Assembly: GCA_964016885.1 (NCBI GenBank) | Contig: OZ024742.1 | Span: forward strand, 75,826,001 to 75,890,000 | Reading direction: 5' to 3' | Length of the DNA stretch: 64,000 nt | From: Eledone cirrhosa | Taxonomy: Eukaryota | Part shown: one piece after another, positions 13,621-29,555 of the stretch | How the letters are laid out: the number at the start of each line of letters is the position of its first letter | Numbering within the stretch: the stretch's first letter is position 1 | The notes under the pieces: generated by a model | The model's database searches: none | What the model was told of the DNA's origin: nothing | What the model saw: only the letters and a program-made list of their open reading frames with translations | Program-made: the position numbers and the translations under genes

Positions 13621-16347
13621 ACACCTAACATCCTTCATATAATGTCTGCAAAGATTACATTATGACTGTGAATAATAGTCACAATTGAAACAGTTAGGAT
13701 CTGACTGTGAGGCCCAACGAGACGCTAGCCCAGGTATGCATAATATTTAAATATTCCAACGCGATTTCTATGCAAAATATCTTTGAGAATTATTTTGTAT
13801 CATAAATGTATCCATCCTACTAACAGGATTGCGTCATGCCAGCTAATCGACCTATTCTGTTTACTAATTCTCTTAATAATAACGAGTACGTAAGCAGTTT
13901 CTCTGTGGCCAATTATAAAGTGTTCTCAACCACCCGTGAAATCCTCAAACAATATTGAAACAATTCCCTCAGGTACATTTTATTCTTCCTAATACAATAT
14001 ACAATACTGCACTACAAACAATAAACATATCCTGTATTAGAGTATAACATACAATGGTGTGTTTGTGTATATATATTATCAGTATAGTTTCTTAAATATT
14101 CTATGCACACATACAAGCATAAAAACATGGATCCAGAAATTCCTGCATGCATCTATATATATATCGACATCCCTTTTACACAAAAAGCTTATACGTAACT
14201 GGTTATCATTTCTAACACATTCATTTACGCCAGCTTTTGTTCAGTCTCAATCTCGCTGAAGTGATAACGTCAACAATACCGACAAGAACCAACGAATAGC
14301 CGTATTCTTTCTTGGATTTATGAATTCAATTCTGCCATAAATTACTATAATAAAGATTTCTCTATTGACTAAAACAATATAATGAAAGTATGCACGAAAG
14401 AAACTCCACTAAACGATTTTATTCTTAAAACCTTCACTGGTGGAAACCAAGTGGAAGGCTGATGATTTTCGTTATTTTATTCTCAAAAGTGATACCTACA
14501 ATGCAAACATTTAATCAATATATTACTTTCCGAAAATTATTCTAAAACAGATATTATTATAACAAAGATGGCAACATGGGCCACAAGAAACCAGGCACCT
14601 ACTGAAGTTTTGTTTTATTTTCGTATATATGAGTGTGGCAACAATGACAATAACAAGTGTACTAAGAATTGGAAATGTGAAGATTATAAACAATTGAAAC
14701 GTATTCTTAGTGCGATATTTCAATAAAGATTATTTTCTTTTCAAATATCTCGCTACAAAACAGAACATATTGTTCTACACCCAATAGCAGGCACACTAAT
14801 TTGATATTAGGAGGGATTTAAAAAACGAATAATTACAACATAGAAATGACCACACTTTCTTGAATCTTAACGCGCTTATATGAACTTTCAGTATATAAAT
14901 ATAGTATCTTGAAAAGCTTAAGGCTTATAAATATGACAAGCGATAAACAAATTCCATCATCGATGTTGAAAACGGATATAAAGATATTTGATCTTCAGAA
15001 AACAATCTCTTAAGATATAAAAGCTGTCAAAGAAGAAGCACCAGAATCAGAAAAGATTAACTGAAAGAAAAATATTACACACAAATTTCAATTAAAACCA
15101 TTCAGTAACTTGCCGAAATATGAAAAGAATAGCAGTAACTCCCACATATGTTCCCATTCAGGGCAATATATATTCATTCTGGAAAAAGATCCAGCGGGAG
15201 AAAAAGATTAGCTAATATGCAGTGCGGTTAGAAAAAAAAATGAATTGTGTGTGCAATTCACGAAAATCCACGTTATGGAAACTGCGGTAGAAACGTTCAC
15301 TATACTAAGAGGACAGGAAGAGATCTATTGACTGATGATGGTATAACAACTGATCTTCTCTTGATGGGGGAATTAGTTTTCTAGGAAGCTTTTAGTAAAT
15401 CATGATCTCTGGTGTTGGAGTTATATCAAAAACCAAAAGTCACACACATGTAGTCTGGCATGGCAGAATGTAATATGTAAATTATATAGTCTGTTTAACT
15501 TAATTATGCAGTATCATTGTGATAGTAACAATATCATCACAACTGAAAAAGCAACAGCAAAGATAGTGGATGCAATGAACCGCCGTTAATTAATACAACT
15601 AGGACGTCAGAGATTCGGTGAAAGGAAAAACATGCATACAAACATTAACATGTACGTCGAAAGACATCTGAGTTCATTGCAAGAAAGCATTAGGTATCGT
15701 TTCTCACTTGAATTCCTGAATTTCTCAAGACAATACTCAGTCATATACCTCGTCTCATAGCCATGATCTACAACAGGCAGGTAAATACAGTGGATTGTGG
15801 ACACTGATATCATATTTGTTGTATATCCCAAGAGAGCAATATTTCTATGATGCTATGTTTAGTGTCAGAATCATAGTTGTCGCCTTTCAACAGTCAATTC
15901 TAAAGCATTCACATGAAAGCAGCACATCAACCAAGCAGACTATGTCTTTGTAGTTGGTATAAATATAAATAACGAACTTTGTGATTGGTACTAAAATAGA
16001 CTTGACCAAGTTGAGACATTTATAAAGGGTCATATGAAATATACCTACCTGATTGAAAACGTGTGTTATGTAAACGTTGTCTAGCACCATCCGTATGAGT
16101 GGCCAATCTGTTTCTCTCATTTTTAATAACAAAAACTGCAGATATCATGGGACGAGTAAATATATATCCTATGGCAAAACTTGTAACAAAGAACTCATAA
16201 GCACGGAAGTTAATAATCGGAAACAAAACATGGCCATATGTGTAATATTAACTGCTCTACCAGTTCTCATAACAACATTTCGAATGCTACATAAATTCCC
16301 GGCACATTTATTTAAAGCCCTAAATTTGCCACAGCAAACCTATTGAA

Positions 16348-16415
16348 CAGGCATATCAAACTGAGGGTGCCCCAAGGGCCACATCGGTCACATATGAGTT
16401 TTCTGAGGGCCGCAC
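16348..16415 (+). mobile_element. Possible hAT/Charlie-type terminal remnant
   Basis: caggcatatcaaact...gggccacatcggtcc...gggccgca resembles Charlie TIR and subterminal motifs. No partner end found. Confidence 0.3.
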
Positions 16416-17276
16416 ATACAACTAATTGAAGTTATTTAATAAAGTTTATTGTAGAAAAATGTGTTACTTAAATTACGATTGAAGTGCTCTATAGAGCACA
16501 TCAATCGTAATCGAAAACGACATACACGTCCAGGGAATTTGCAAAAGCTCTATTTCAACAGATCATTATTACAACAGTACGTAACATATTCAAAGGGGTT
16601 CTATCTTAGAGAAAAAACCGTTAAATATGCTTTCACATCCTAAGGTAGCCTTTAGCAACACAGAAATATAAAATGGCAATAAAATGCATGGTACATACAA
16701 AATAGTTATGCCATAATGCATGCAGGCAATGGAGAATCCAAGGTTTTCAATTGCCCACATACAAACATATATTCTTATATAGATATATGCATAAGTAGGG
16801 AAATATATAAACACATGCATACATACATTCACATATACGTCGAAAGACATATACATGAAACACAAGCCACCCTATAAACATGGTGCACGGCAATAATGTG
16901 TATATATTGAGTCCACTATTCACAGATAAGTACTAAGTATTAGACTATCGCAATGTTACTGTTAGGCTTAATGCAGATAGTATAGGTTCGCCCAAACGAT
17001 TATAAAACACAATTTTGTAAGGTTCCTCGCAGTGAGATTAAACATAAATATTGATTTTTGTTTTACTTAGAGGCAATCTACATTCTGACAAAGATAGTCA
17101 TACAATGGTATAGGTTAATAACGAAATTGTACATTATTTCCCCAACGCCACGACAATGATGAAAAAACAACTAATGATGGTCGGGTTTCACTGTAACCAT
17201 TTACACACGAACACACATCACACACACGCACATACATACGTTTATTATACACACACTCATATATATGTATATATAT

Positions 17277-17332
<56 letters not shown>

Positions 17333-17342
17333 ATATATATAT

Positions 17343-17449
<107 letters not shown>

Positions 17450-20400
17450 TTCTACGAATGTGGTAATTTTCATCGAGAATGCTGATTACTACAATGAGGC
17501 ACCGACAACATGGGGCTAAACAAAAATTATACCTGAGGCAAAAAACGAATCACCTTTAAACATTACAATGGAATTTCTCGCAGTCAGGCGATGTATAATT
17601 ACAGAAAACATGTATTAGACTGCCATAGTTATAACAGCAGGAATGTGGTGATTCTCAGATTAGGGGCGTTTAGGGAAAATAGGTCAGGACTAGATAGTTG
17701 TGAATACAGTTATAAACGTATAAGTAAAATCATGTAACGTGACAACATTTTCTATTCAGCGATATAGTTGATAAAGGAAAGGTACATGTTAACGAGAGAC
17801 AATAAAATAATAAAAATAAATTTCCGCACAAAATAAAGGAAAATATTTTAATATGGAAATAGGAAATGCCACCTGGTTCAATCTTCCATATAGGAGCCAG
17901 GTACAAATTAAAAATCACAAAGCATTTTATAATATCTTAAATGCACAACTCCCAAATATACTAAAAAGTTTAATAAATAAATATGTAGAATAAATTCAGG
18001 ATTAAAAATATATAAAGCTCTCCTAATATAATTCTTCCATTCTGGTAGGCTACAATGCCTATATGTACCACGATCCTGAGAGATCTAGGTAAACTAACAA
18101 CGTGGACTCTATGAGAAGTGTAGGAATTAATAATAGGTTAATCTAAACTATAGTAAAGTAAGGAGTGCGGGACTGCGTCCAGAATATATTTTTTTATTCC
18201 GTTTGTAAAATAAGTGAATATTACATAATTTATCTGATAAATTTCGTTATTCTTGATTAAATATAAATAATTCTATGGCTTATTTTAAGATTCACTTCTT
18301 TAACATTTTCGAATGTCAACATTTCCAGTTAGCGATCGCTTAAATAAACATTCATATATTTATTTCTGTTACTAATTTTCTCCTAATGCAGTTTTTAAAT
18401 AATATTGTCTTTTTTAAATGTATCATGGATTACATTACTAATTACATAAGACAACGTAAGGCAGTCTTCGTTCAAATTCTGTGTATATTGTCAATTACGA
18501 TTTATTTGATGTATCATATCTACATGCATATATACTTGCGTATACTATCAAAATGCACACTACACATGCCAGCAGAAAACCACTCGAAGGGTGTTTTTTT
18601 CTGCTACTCATAATAAGATGAATAGTTAACGTATAGGGCTTAAGCCAAATAGTAAAAATGAGAAGCCGTGGACATATAATAGACGCAGCATCAATAGAAT
18701 ATTTTGTTACTGATATATCAACAGAGCGATATCGGGTAAAATTCTAATCAAGTGAACATAATTAGCTAAATATGTACAGTTTTGTTGTAACTCTAGATAA
18801 CCACAGTCAGGTGCGATCGGAAGCGAATGTATAAAAGCATCATTAGAAACTGCAACGCCATCCCCTCGGGCGGAATATAAATCACACCTCTAATTAATTA
18901 AAAACATAGGATATTGTAGTCCTATATATTCTTCCTAATATAAAACTCTAAGCCTTAAGCACACCATTGGCGAAATATCTGCGAACGCAAAATCGGAAAA
19001 AGAATATTAGTTACAAAATGGGCCGGTCCATTACCAACACAACAAAACTATTCTAGGTGTAATGAAGATAACGTGATCAATGCTTACTTGAGACATGAGA
19101 AATTCTTTCACATAACAAATTACTTGACTCTAAAGATGAACTCGCCTGCAGCGAGTCTTGAAATCATAATTAATATTTTAGCATAAAAATAGATCTCTCT
19201 TGTCTGTCAGACGCGAACATTAACGCAGCGAAAATAGTAAATCACTTGCAATATCAACTCGCAATTTGAATTCAGGTGGTAGTGAACGGTAATGTAATCC
19301 TTAAATGGACGTGTTTTATTACTAATTCTGCTACATTAAATGAATGTAATAAATGTGTACAGATTAACAAATGATATGTAAAGGCCGCTTTCATAGCCAG
19401 AATAGTCAAAATGAAATTATATTAATATGTGTTTTTCAACGTTAAATGTTATACTGAAACTTATTTCCAACGGATGCTGTGACTACATTACCGAAAGTTT
19501 AACATCTTTATGTCACGCCACTAAACCGGTGAAGTATATCAAATTCTAAATACAAACGTAATTACATTTTGATGTCTTGGATGTACATTCACATCCGGAA
19601 GGTAGGATATGAAGATAAGAGTGAACAATTTGGTAAAGTCAATCAAACCGAGCGTAATAGAAATGCAATCTCCTGTAGTTCAGGTCATCCAAAGAGAATG
19701 AAGCCAGTTGACGATAAGAGGAAGTAAGTAAGATGTTATAGATGAACTATGCATTATTGGCTAGCGTATGCAACCAACCGATAGCAACGACATATCGATG
19801 ATTTAATTATTTGAGATATGTTCTTAACACTGCTAATTAAAGCTGTGATTATGATTCAGACGACACGACGCTTAAATCGATGTGATCCATCAACGCAAAA
19901 GCGCACAATATATGTCATGTAGATATTAGTCATTTCCCATCTCAACATATTTATGATGTTAATAACTAAAATAGCAATTACATTCTTATTTACTAACGAA
20001 GTGTAGTATTTTACCCATGGGCAAACAATATTTTGTGTCTGCGTATTTATACTTATGTATTCCCAAACACACCACCATCTCTTCCTTTCTAAATGTGTGT
20101 GTGAGTGTGTCTGTTTGTCAGATAGTGTGAGTAAGTAAGTATAAGTACGGATCTATATGAATGAATATACGTGTATGCTGTCATGTGTATATTAATATCG
20201 AGTGCCTTTTGTCATATATATTAATAATTAGTTTGAATGTTAGCAGTACGGAGGGGTGCTTTGTAATAGTAAATCACGTAATAAGATATATGAATTAGTG
20301 AATATATGAAACTTATAATAACTACCCAATTGCGCGCGCACAAACGCGCACACACACATATATATATATGTGTGTGGCTGTGTGCATCTGTGTGTGTATG

Positions 20401-20860
20401 GAATATATATATATATATATATATATATGCATATGCTGGCTGCAACTCGATTTCGAGTAATGCCTTCGTTTGATAATTAAGTGTTTGATACGGACGCGGA
20501 TTTTTAGTCCTACTGGGGACATACCTATGACCAGCATTGCTATACATCGCAACAAAATGTCACATATGAAGTAATGTTTGTGGATGAAGCTTTTTTAAGT
20601 GAGGAAAGGCTTTGGGCGGGACCAATCCCATACTCTGAACATCGAATCCATTTACTCAAAACGTAGAACTGATCTACACCATTGGATGCAATGGAAATTG
20701 CAGGTTTTATATCAATTTGACCTTTTATATATGTCGACTGTAATTAAAGTCGAGTGATGTAATTTCTAGCGATTAGCGGATGTTAGCCTCACCTGATTAA
20801 TGAAATACTGTAAATAAACACTTTTTGTACAGCCGGCCATGTTATTCTTCATTCTTTTAC

Positions 20861-20902
<42 letters not shown>

Positions 20903-20947
20903 TACATACATATATATATATTCCTGTACTATATATGTATAAATGTA

Positions 20948-21009
<62 letters not shown>

Positions 21010-21286
21010 CAACGTTATCTTTCTACATGTATTTTAAACTGGAGTGATTTAGAATCTGAAGCAAATGTCTTATACGTAATATGTATTTAGCATTTAGGTT
21101 ATTCCTGTCTCAGTACCGAGTGATTAAGTGCCCCTGGTGATGGATAACATATACTGAAACTCTACTGTCTAGCGTTCTCACATATCAACAGCTGATCATG
21201 TAATGTAACCATCCTAAAAGACCCATAGCCAGGCATATCCTTGATTATTATACATGCACATGTTATATATGCTTTCAGATAAAACT

Positions 21287-21346
<60 letters not shown>

Positions 21347-22488
21347 TAGTTTTTTATTTTGTTTTGCAAGATTTCTTATCTGAATACGTGTGTTGAAATA
21401 TATATTATTGTACTTTGGGAGGGTCGTACTGTCAATAAAAACACACGCACCTGTTGGATTTCACCTCAATTTATTATAAATTTCTGGTTGATCGGTTCAA
21501 TAACCGGATGGTTGTTTATATATTCTCAAAGCTGTTTCACATTGTTTGACCTCCTCAATGACTGAATTCTAATTTTGTGTCTCTCCTTTGTTCTGTCCTA
21601 CACCATCTTGTTTTTGTGTGCACACACACACGCACATATATATATATATGTATATATATATATGTGTGTTTGTGTGTGGAGAGAGAGATAGAGAGAAAGA
21701 AAGACAGAGAGTCAGAGGGGGAGAGAGAGAAAGAGAGAGATAGAGAGTGAGAGAGTCAGATAGAGAAGTCAGAGAGGTAGAACAATGAATGACAGAGAGA
21801 ATTACAGATAAAGATAAAGTGGCATGATATATGACTACATACTATCATTAATCGATGTTATATCAGTACATCATTTCTTGTTTTTTATACATTTCAAACA
21901 CCGGAAATTGTATCAGTTATCTAAACATGGTCTTGATTTTAACGTATTTAACAAACCGCATATGCACATTATTTCATATTCGCTTAAAATGATCGCTTGA
22001 CAAACTCAAGCTATCCGATACAATTTATTCAATATACAAAATCTCACAATGTCATGAAAGGCTATTGATATTATATAAAAATAATTGAACAGTATCTAAT
22101 AAAAACATACCACATTAGTGAAGGGAACAGAAATGGAAGAAGAAAAAAGAAAATGAAAAAAGAGAAAAATAAAGAAGGATCCAGTAGTGAAAGAAATAGA
22201 GGTGGGGAAACACAGTCACTACACCCCAGTCTGAGTGGTACTTCGATTATATCTTATTTTGTGGTAAATTAAGAAAATATCTTCCACGAAAGATGTGATC
22301 GAAAAAAATAATTGTGAATGAATTGTGTTTGTTTTTGTTGCTGAAGTTGAATCGTCGTTTAGCGCCGATCGAGAAATGTAAGCATGCCGGGCCCATCGCG
22401 CATTTTTGTATATGATAAAACACACTTCCATTTTATTCTTCTCCATTTAAGACGGAAAGGTATAATACGTCCTATTATTTCTTTTAAT

Positions 22489-22655
22489 AGGGTGGTGGAT
22501 TGACAGTATGGGTAGAGGGTCGGACGCCATGCTTTCCAGTATAGTTACGTCCCTTTACGATCTGAGTTTCATCCTTACGGTATCGATAAAAAAAAGTACC
22601 AGTAATGCACTGAGTGATTGCTGGCCTTGAGTCTAAAGTAGAAACAATTATTACT
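22489..22655 (+). mobile_element. tRNA-derived SINE family 1, internally deleted
   Basis: Aligns with 11517-11712. Confidence 0.8.
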
Positions 22656-23119
22656 TTTAATTGAGCGTAGCGTGCTCCACCAAATAAGTTTAATAGACAC
22701 AGACACAGATACAGAGACACATACACACACATACTCACAGACACACACATAATACACTCAGACAGTCACAAACTCAACGCATGCACCCACACCCACACAC
22801 TCACACACGGACACAAACACGCAGATAAATATATACATATGTATATATATATATATATATATATATGCGACCGGTACGAACAGTGAATTCATGCTCGTCC
22901 CCTCAACTTATTATATATATATATATATATATATGTGGGGGGGGGTGTATGTGTGTGTGTACGTGAATGTGTGTAGTGGTGGTGGTGCTGGTGGAAGTGG
23001 GTTATAGAATGTGATTGTAGAATAGATACAGCAAAGTAAAATGTCTTGTATTTCGTTCCATCTCAATTACATCGCTTCACAAATGTATTTATTTATTATG
23101 AATGTGTAGCTATTATTTT

Positions 23120-23330
23120 TAGTAAATTGGCAGTATCGGTAGAGCGTCGGAAATATGCTTTACGGCAAAGAGTTACAGCCTTTTATGTTCTGAGTTCTAA
23201 GCTGGCTGAGGGAAACTTTGCCTTTCATCCATACGGGATCGATAACATATAATACCAATAATTCACTGGGGTGGATTTAATCGACTTTCCCTCCCCCAGC
23301 CCTTGTTCCTAAATAAGAAACCTTTATTTT
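23120..23330 (+). mobile_element. tRNA-derived SINE family 1 variant
   Basis: ttggcagtatcggtagagcgtcgg...ctgagttc...ctttgcctttcatcc..cgataa. Confidence 0.75.
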
Positions 23331-24224
23331 TAGCATGGCCAAAACCAACACACGATGTTAAATGAAAACTAATGCAACTGATGTTGTGATGTTGCAAGGC
23401 GTTTCAGCTCTTGATGTGATACATGTTCGTCACCCCAACTTAATTAACAGACATGTTAGATCAGATGCAATTTTACTACGTCGAATTGATGATGATCATA
23501 TAAATACTGGATGATGAAAGGCTGTACAATCTGTAATATCAAAATATGGAGGATTGTGTATCATAAACTAGGTATGAGTGTGATTGTACGGGATATTTTA
23601 CTCTGAAGTAAAAAAAAAGAAAGAAAACTGAGTAATCAAACATTGATTAACGAATATGCAACAATGTATCCTGGATTTAACTGTGAAATCCATGATTGTT
23701 GTCATTTGGAGAAAAAACGGACGTAAATATGTTGAAGTGTACGTGACTAAGCTCACCATTTTTAAAAGCATCAATGTTTTCGTGTGCAGAAAAGATAATT
23801 GGCAAATTTAACGAAAATGAAATAGAATATTCAGGATAAGATGTTTTGCTGAATTCATTTACTAGAATCAGACGTACACACACACACACACATACACATA
23901 CACACACACGCACATACACACACATACACACCCACACTCACACGCACACACACACCAACACACGCACGCACACACACACACACAAACGCACACACAAACA
24001 CACACATATATATGCACTATATATATATATATATAGATAGATAGATAGATATACGCATATACATTTATATATATATACATATATATAGATAGATGGATAC
24101 ATAGATACAAACACACAGGCAAGCACAGAGTGAAAGAAAGACACACACACACACAAACACATATTCACACATACACACACAGAAAATCACACACGCGCAC
24201 ACACACGCACACATATACACATAT

Positions 24225-24563
24225 CATCATCATCATTTCTTTTTACGTCCACTTTTCCCTGCTTGCAAGGGTGGGACGGAAACTGATGCTGGCATGATTT
24301 CTACAGCTGGATGCCCTTCCTAACACCAACCTCATTTACAGTGAGTGCTGGGTGCTTTTTTGCCGTGGCACCTCCACGACCACTTTGCAGTGGAATGATA
24401 GGGATCCCAGTCCCTATCATCTCATTTCTACAGCTGAGTAAACTGGAGCAATGTGAAATAAAGTGTCTTGCTCAAGGAAACAACACATCACCCGGTCTGA
24501 GAATTGAACTCACAACCTTTCGATTGCAAGGCCAATGCTCTAACCACTAAGCCATGTGCCTCC
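24225..24563 (-). mobile_element. tRNA-derived CORE-type SINE with (TGA)n tail
   Basis: Minus strand: tggcttagtggttagagc (A box), gagttcaattc (B box), ccttgagcaagacacttt core; ends gatgatgatg. Confidence 0.8.
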
Positions 24564-24743
24564 ATATATATAAATATATATATACTATATACATATATAC
24601 ACAAATATTTTTTCGATTGCTCTCAATCACTACTGGTAACTTGTAACCCTGTACAACCTTTTGTTTTGTTGGGCCATCGGCCACAAACCGACAGCTCGCC
24701 CTAACCTGCTTAGTGGTGAGGGCTATTTTTGGAAATGTTTAGG

Positions 24744-25901
<1,158 letters not shown>

Positions 25902-26100
25902 TAGTAGATAAATCTACCATGAGTTTACGGCAGTGTCCAATCCGTATGAAGAACTCAATATAATCCGGATATCATGGAAAGAAGAGATGCATTCAAAAAT
26001 CACTTTCGGTGAAAGATAAACGGAATACAGAGTCAAGATAAAATGGTAAAAAAATAATGAATAAAACAATGAAACAGTTCCTTATATTAAACAAAAAAAG

Positions 26101-26253
26101 TTCATTATTTAACGATCGTTTCTAGGACATATATGTGTTAGAATTGGTATGCATATTCAACAGATCTATGTACAAAATTATACAAAATTATACAAATTAT
26201 CAAATATAATATACATACCAACACATACATATGCCGTCTTCAGAAATAATGAA
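26101..26253 (-). ncRNA. Type I hammerhead with very long stem II
   Basis: ttcattattt-CTGAAGA-(~110 nt hairpin ggcatatgtatgtgttgg..ctaacacatatatgtcc)-GAAA-cgatcg-TT-aaataatgaa. Perfect 10-bp stem I; palindromic stem III. Confidence 0.75.
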
Positions 26254-26913
26254 ATATATTTATTGATAATAACAACAATTCAAAATTACAGGTCTGTTTG
26301 GGAACAGAGTTCAAATTGACCAATGAAATACACAAAATATATCAATAAAATACAGTTAGGTGTGTGTATATATGTAAGTAACTTCGTTCACAGATATGCA
26401 TCAAAATATATGTTCACATGCATACGCATGTCGAAAAAATGTATGTAAATACAAAAAATTCAGGGCTAATGTCTCTGTATGTTTATAATCTATAGATAAA
26501 ATACACATACGCATATAAACATATATAGATTCATATATACACACATATATATACACGCACATTCACACACACACGCGCATATACACATAAACATACACAT
26601 ACCCATGAACATACACACACACACTCACACACACACGCACACACATATATGTATGTATTATTATTATAACTATATGGATATTTAGGCACACACATAAACA
26701 CTGCTACATATATTTTTACATCCAAATGCAGAAGTGGGTAAGGGGTTCAGTAATAAGTAAGGATGTTAGGGAGCTCCCTATTTAAAAATGTATCTACAAA
26801 TTTAGAAATAAAAAGAAATATATCAAAAAAAAAATATATATATATAAACAAGTAAAATATACTCATACATAAAATACATACCGATATACATATACATATA
26901 AATACACATACAC

Positions 26914-26986
<73 letters not shown>

Positions 26987-27086
26987 CACATACACATATA
27001 CACGTACACATACTCATACATACATAAATATACATACACATACATATATAAATACATAGACACACATACAAACACACATATATATA

Positions 27087-27123
<37 letters not shown>

Positions 27124-27447
27124 TTGTGCCTGATCTAGAATGTATTTGAATACATATAAAAATGAGAAAACTCATCGTTAGACCAGTCGTTAAAAGAAGC
27201 CAAATGCTGTCATAAGACAACGATGGGCACAGCTACCAATCGCCGCTTGTCAACATAGAGACAATCCACAGAGGGGTGACAGGCGGATGAAATATAGTAA
27301 AGATTGAAATAAGATAAGGACAAGGAGAAGTGTGTAGGCGCAGAGAAGTGACCGGTAAAAGAAAAAGAAAAAGGCGATGAACAAGACAAGTTTACACGCA
27401 CATACATCTTCACACTCATCAGCTCCCCAAATAGCAAAATGTTTTCG

Positions 27448-27478
<31 letters not shown>

Positions 27479-29232
27479 GGTTAGATACCAACGTGTGAAT
27501 GTTGGTATGTTTCATCGTGCTGGAGTTAATTCCAAGAACTTCAAATATCTTCCATGTGCTGTTTGGTTGGATTATTTTCGAGACACGATTGGATTCCACT
27601 CTTTAAAATATTAGACTATGGGATACATTTTTTCATCTTACTCAATACTGTAACATGTTTTTTCGCTCTTGACTATAAATATTTTCTGCTTAAATAGCCA
27701 TGATTATTAAAAATAGATGTTCTACTCCTTCGATAACTAAAATATTAAATATTCAATGATTTGTAAACCTAATTCTTTTTTTTATTTTCTCTGATATACA
27801 AATATATATCATGTATAGGATGTGATATCTATTTTTCCCTTTGATCTATTTAATGTAGTGTAATTTCATTTGGTAGAGAAATTTTGTACAAATGACTCGG
27901 TGCGACATGTTTCGTAACTTCTCTTAATCAACACGTTATGTCATAAATAGAATTGTATCATCATTAGCACTGCATTCTTCATGTTCTATTTCCCTCTTCA
28001 ATTCTCCTCTACTTAACATAGGCAGTGATTTACTCTATTCTACATCTATATGAACATAAGTGAAGGACTATGATCTTTTATGTTTAAATCTAAGGAACTG
28101 AAATTGTTTTGTACAGTGAGCACCATTAACATGTCATATTACTCATCAATATTTTAAATTCAAAGTATAACATTGAAATAATCTAAAATTTGCCGGTCGC
28201 ATGGCAGCAGGTTATACAGCAATATAAACTTTTCAAGTTATTGCAGAATTTCCAAAATATTTCCCAGTAAATCCGTATTTATGCCACTACTTTCCGCAAA
28301 CAATCTCTTCAAAATATGAAATATTGTGTTCTTTGGAAACGAGTTTTTTTCACAGTGTTTTATTTTATCATTTATCCTCGCATTCATTACAAGTGTCACC
28401 AAAACTAATACACACACCACATTGCATTATTATATTGTAATTATTTGGGTGTTTATTGTAAATATGCCCCTTAGAAATGTTACTCTAACCTTATTTAATG
28501 CAAATAAAAAATGAATTCGATAACTTATATGCACTTTTCCCTGTTTGTTATTTAACAGACTGTTTTATTTATCTGATTTTCTTCACTTTTAATTTTTTTT
28601 TTATACATATTCTATACAAACGCTTCTTTCCAATCGTGTTTTGTATTCTACCTTAATTCAACAAACATCTCATGAAATATTGTAGTATTCAATAGACGGT
28701 AGTTGCTCACTTTATGAGACTTGCAAATCTCTTGATATATGAGAAACTCAAACATCTGCTGTTCATTGCAAATTGTTCATCAAGTCTACGTTTTCTTGAC
28801 AATTAATTATTCAATTGTATGTTTCGTGGTGCTTTATTGGTTGGTGATAGTGAATATTATATCTTATACGTCTGGACATGTTTCTTCATATAATACACAG
28901 TGTTCAATTTATAATTGGAACTGCCTATACTGTCATGTCTCTCATCTTAACTATTTCAATTTGAAAATATCTTCACTTCGACGCTTTCTTCGCCTCTTTG
29001 GTAATAAAAGATCATCGATTGAACAGACACTTTTCTCAACCATGCACGCATGAGTTACACTTAAGTGAGTTTGTTTCGTATACCATACTTTTAACATGCT
29101 TTGATATCCTGTATTATGCCCCCATATTTATTATACATATGTATATTTCCATATATTTTGTAACCATTTTTTACGAAACGTTTTAATTCAAATTTTCATT
29201 CAAATTTATATCCACCAAAGAAAGGAATATTA

Positions 29233-29460
29233 TTAGGAGACTGAAATGGAATATTGCTGAACAAAAAGAAATGGATAGGAAGACTAGGGAGCTATGACTA
29301 TCTACAACATGTTCCACAAGAGGAGTGATGTCGATAGATTCTACTTAAGGAGGTCTGAAGATGGAAGAGGTCTTATCAGCATAGAGGACTGTGTTCAGAT
29401 GGAGAAAAACAGTCTGCACAAATATGTGACTGACAGTAGGGAGCCAATGCTGAAAATTGT
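29233..29460 (+). mobile_element. Dong family A internal fragment, inverted relative to its neighbour
   Basis: MTIYNMFHKRSDVDRFYLRRSEDGRGLISIEDC. Reverse complement of ~30128-30335. Confidence 0.9.
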
Positions 29461-29464
29461 CCAG

Positions 29465-29547
29465 TGTTGGCCACAATGTTATGTGCAATTTAATCTTTTA
29501 TGTTCTGAATTCAAATTCCACGGAAGTCAAATTTACATTTCATTCCA
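29465..29547 (+). mobile_element. SINE family 1 fragment at a rearrangement junction
   Basis: ttttatgttctgaattcaaattccacggaagtcaaatttacatttcattcc resembles the B-box and core region. Confidence 0.5.
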
Positions 29548-29555
29548 ACCCCCAA

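Noticed and set aside
14430-14475. Hairpin followed by ctgatga (possible hammerhead)
   Set aside because: No correctly placed GAAA, stem III or NUH.
24480-24563. tRNA-like sequence with A and B boxes
   Set aside because: Continues into a SINE core and tail, with no proper acceptor stem; it is a SINE head, not a tRNA gene.
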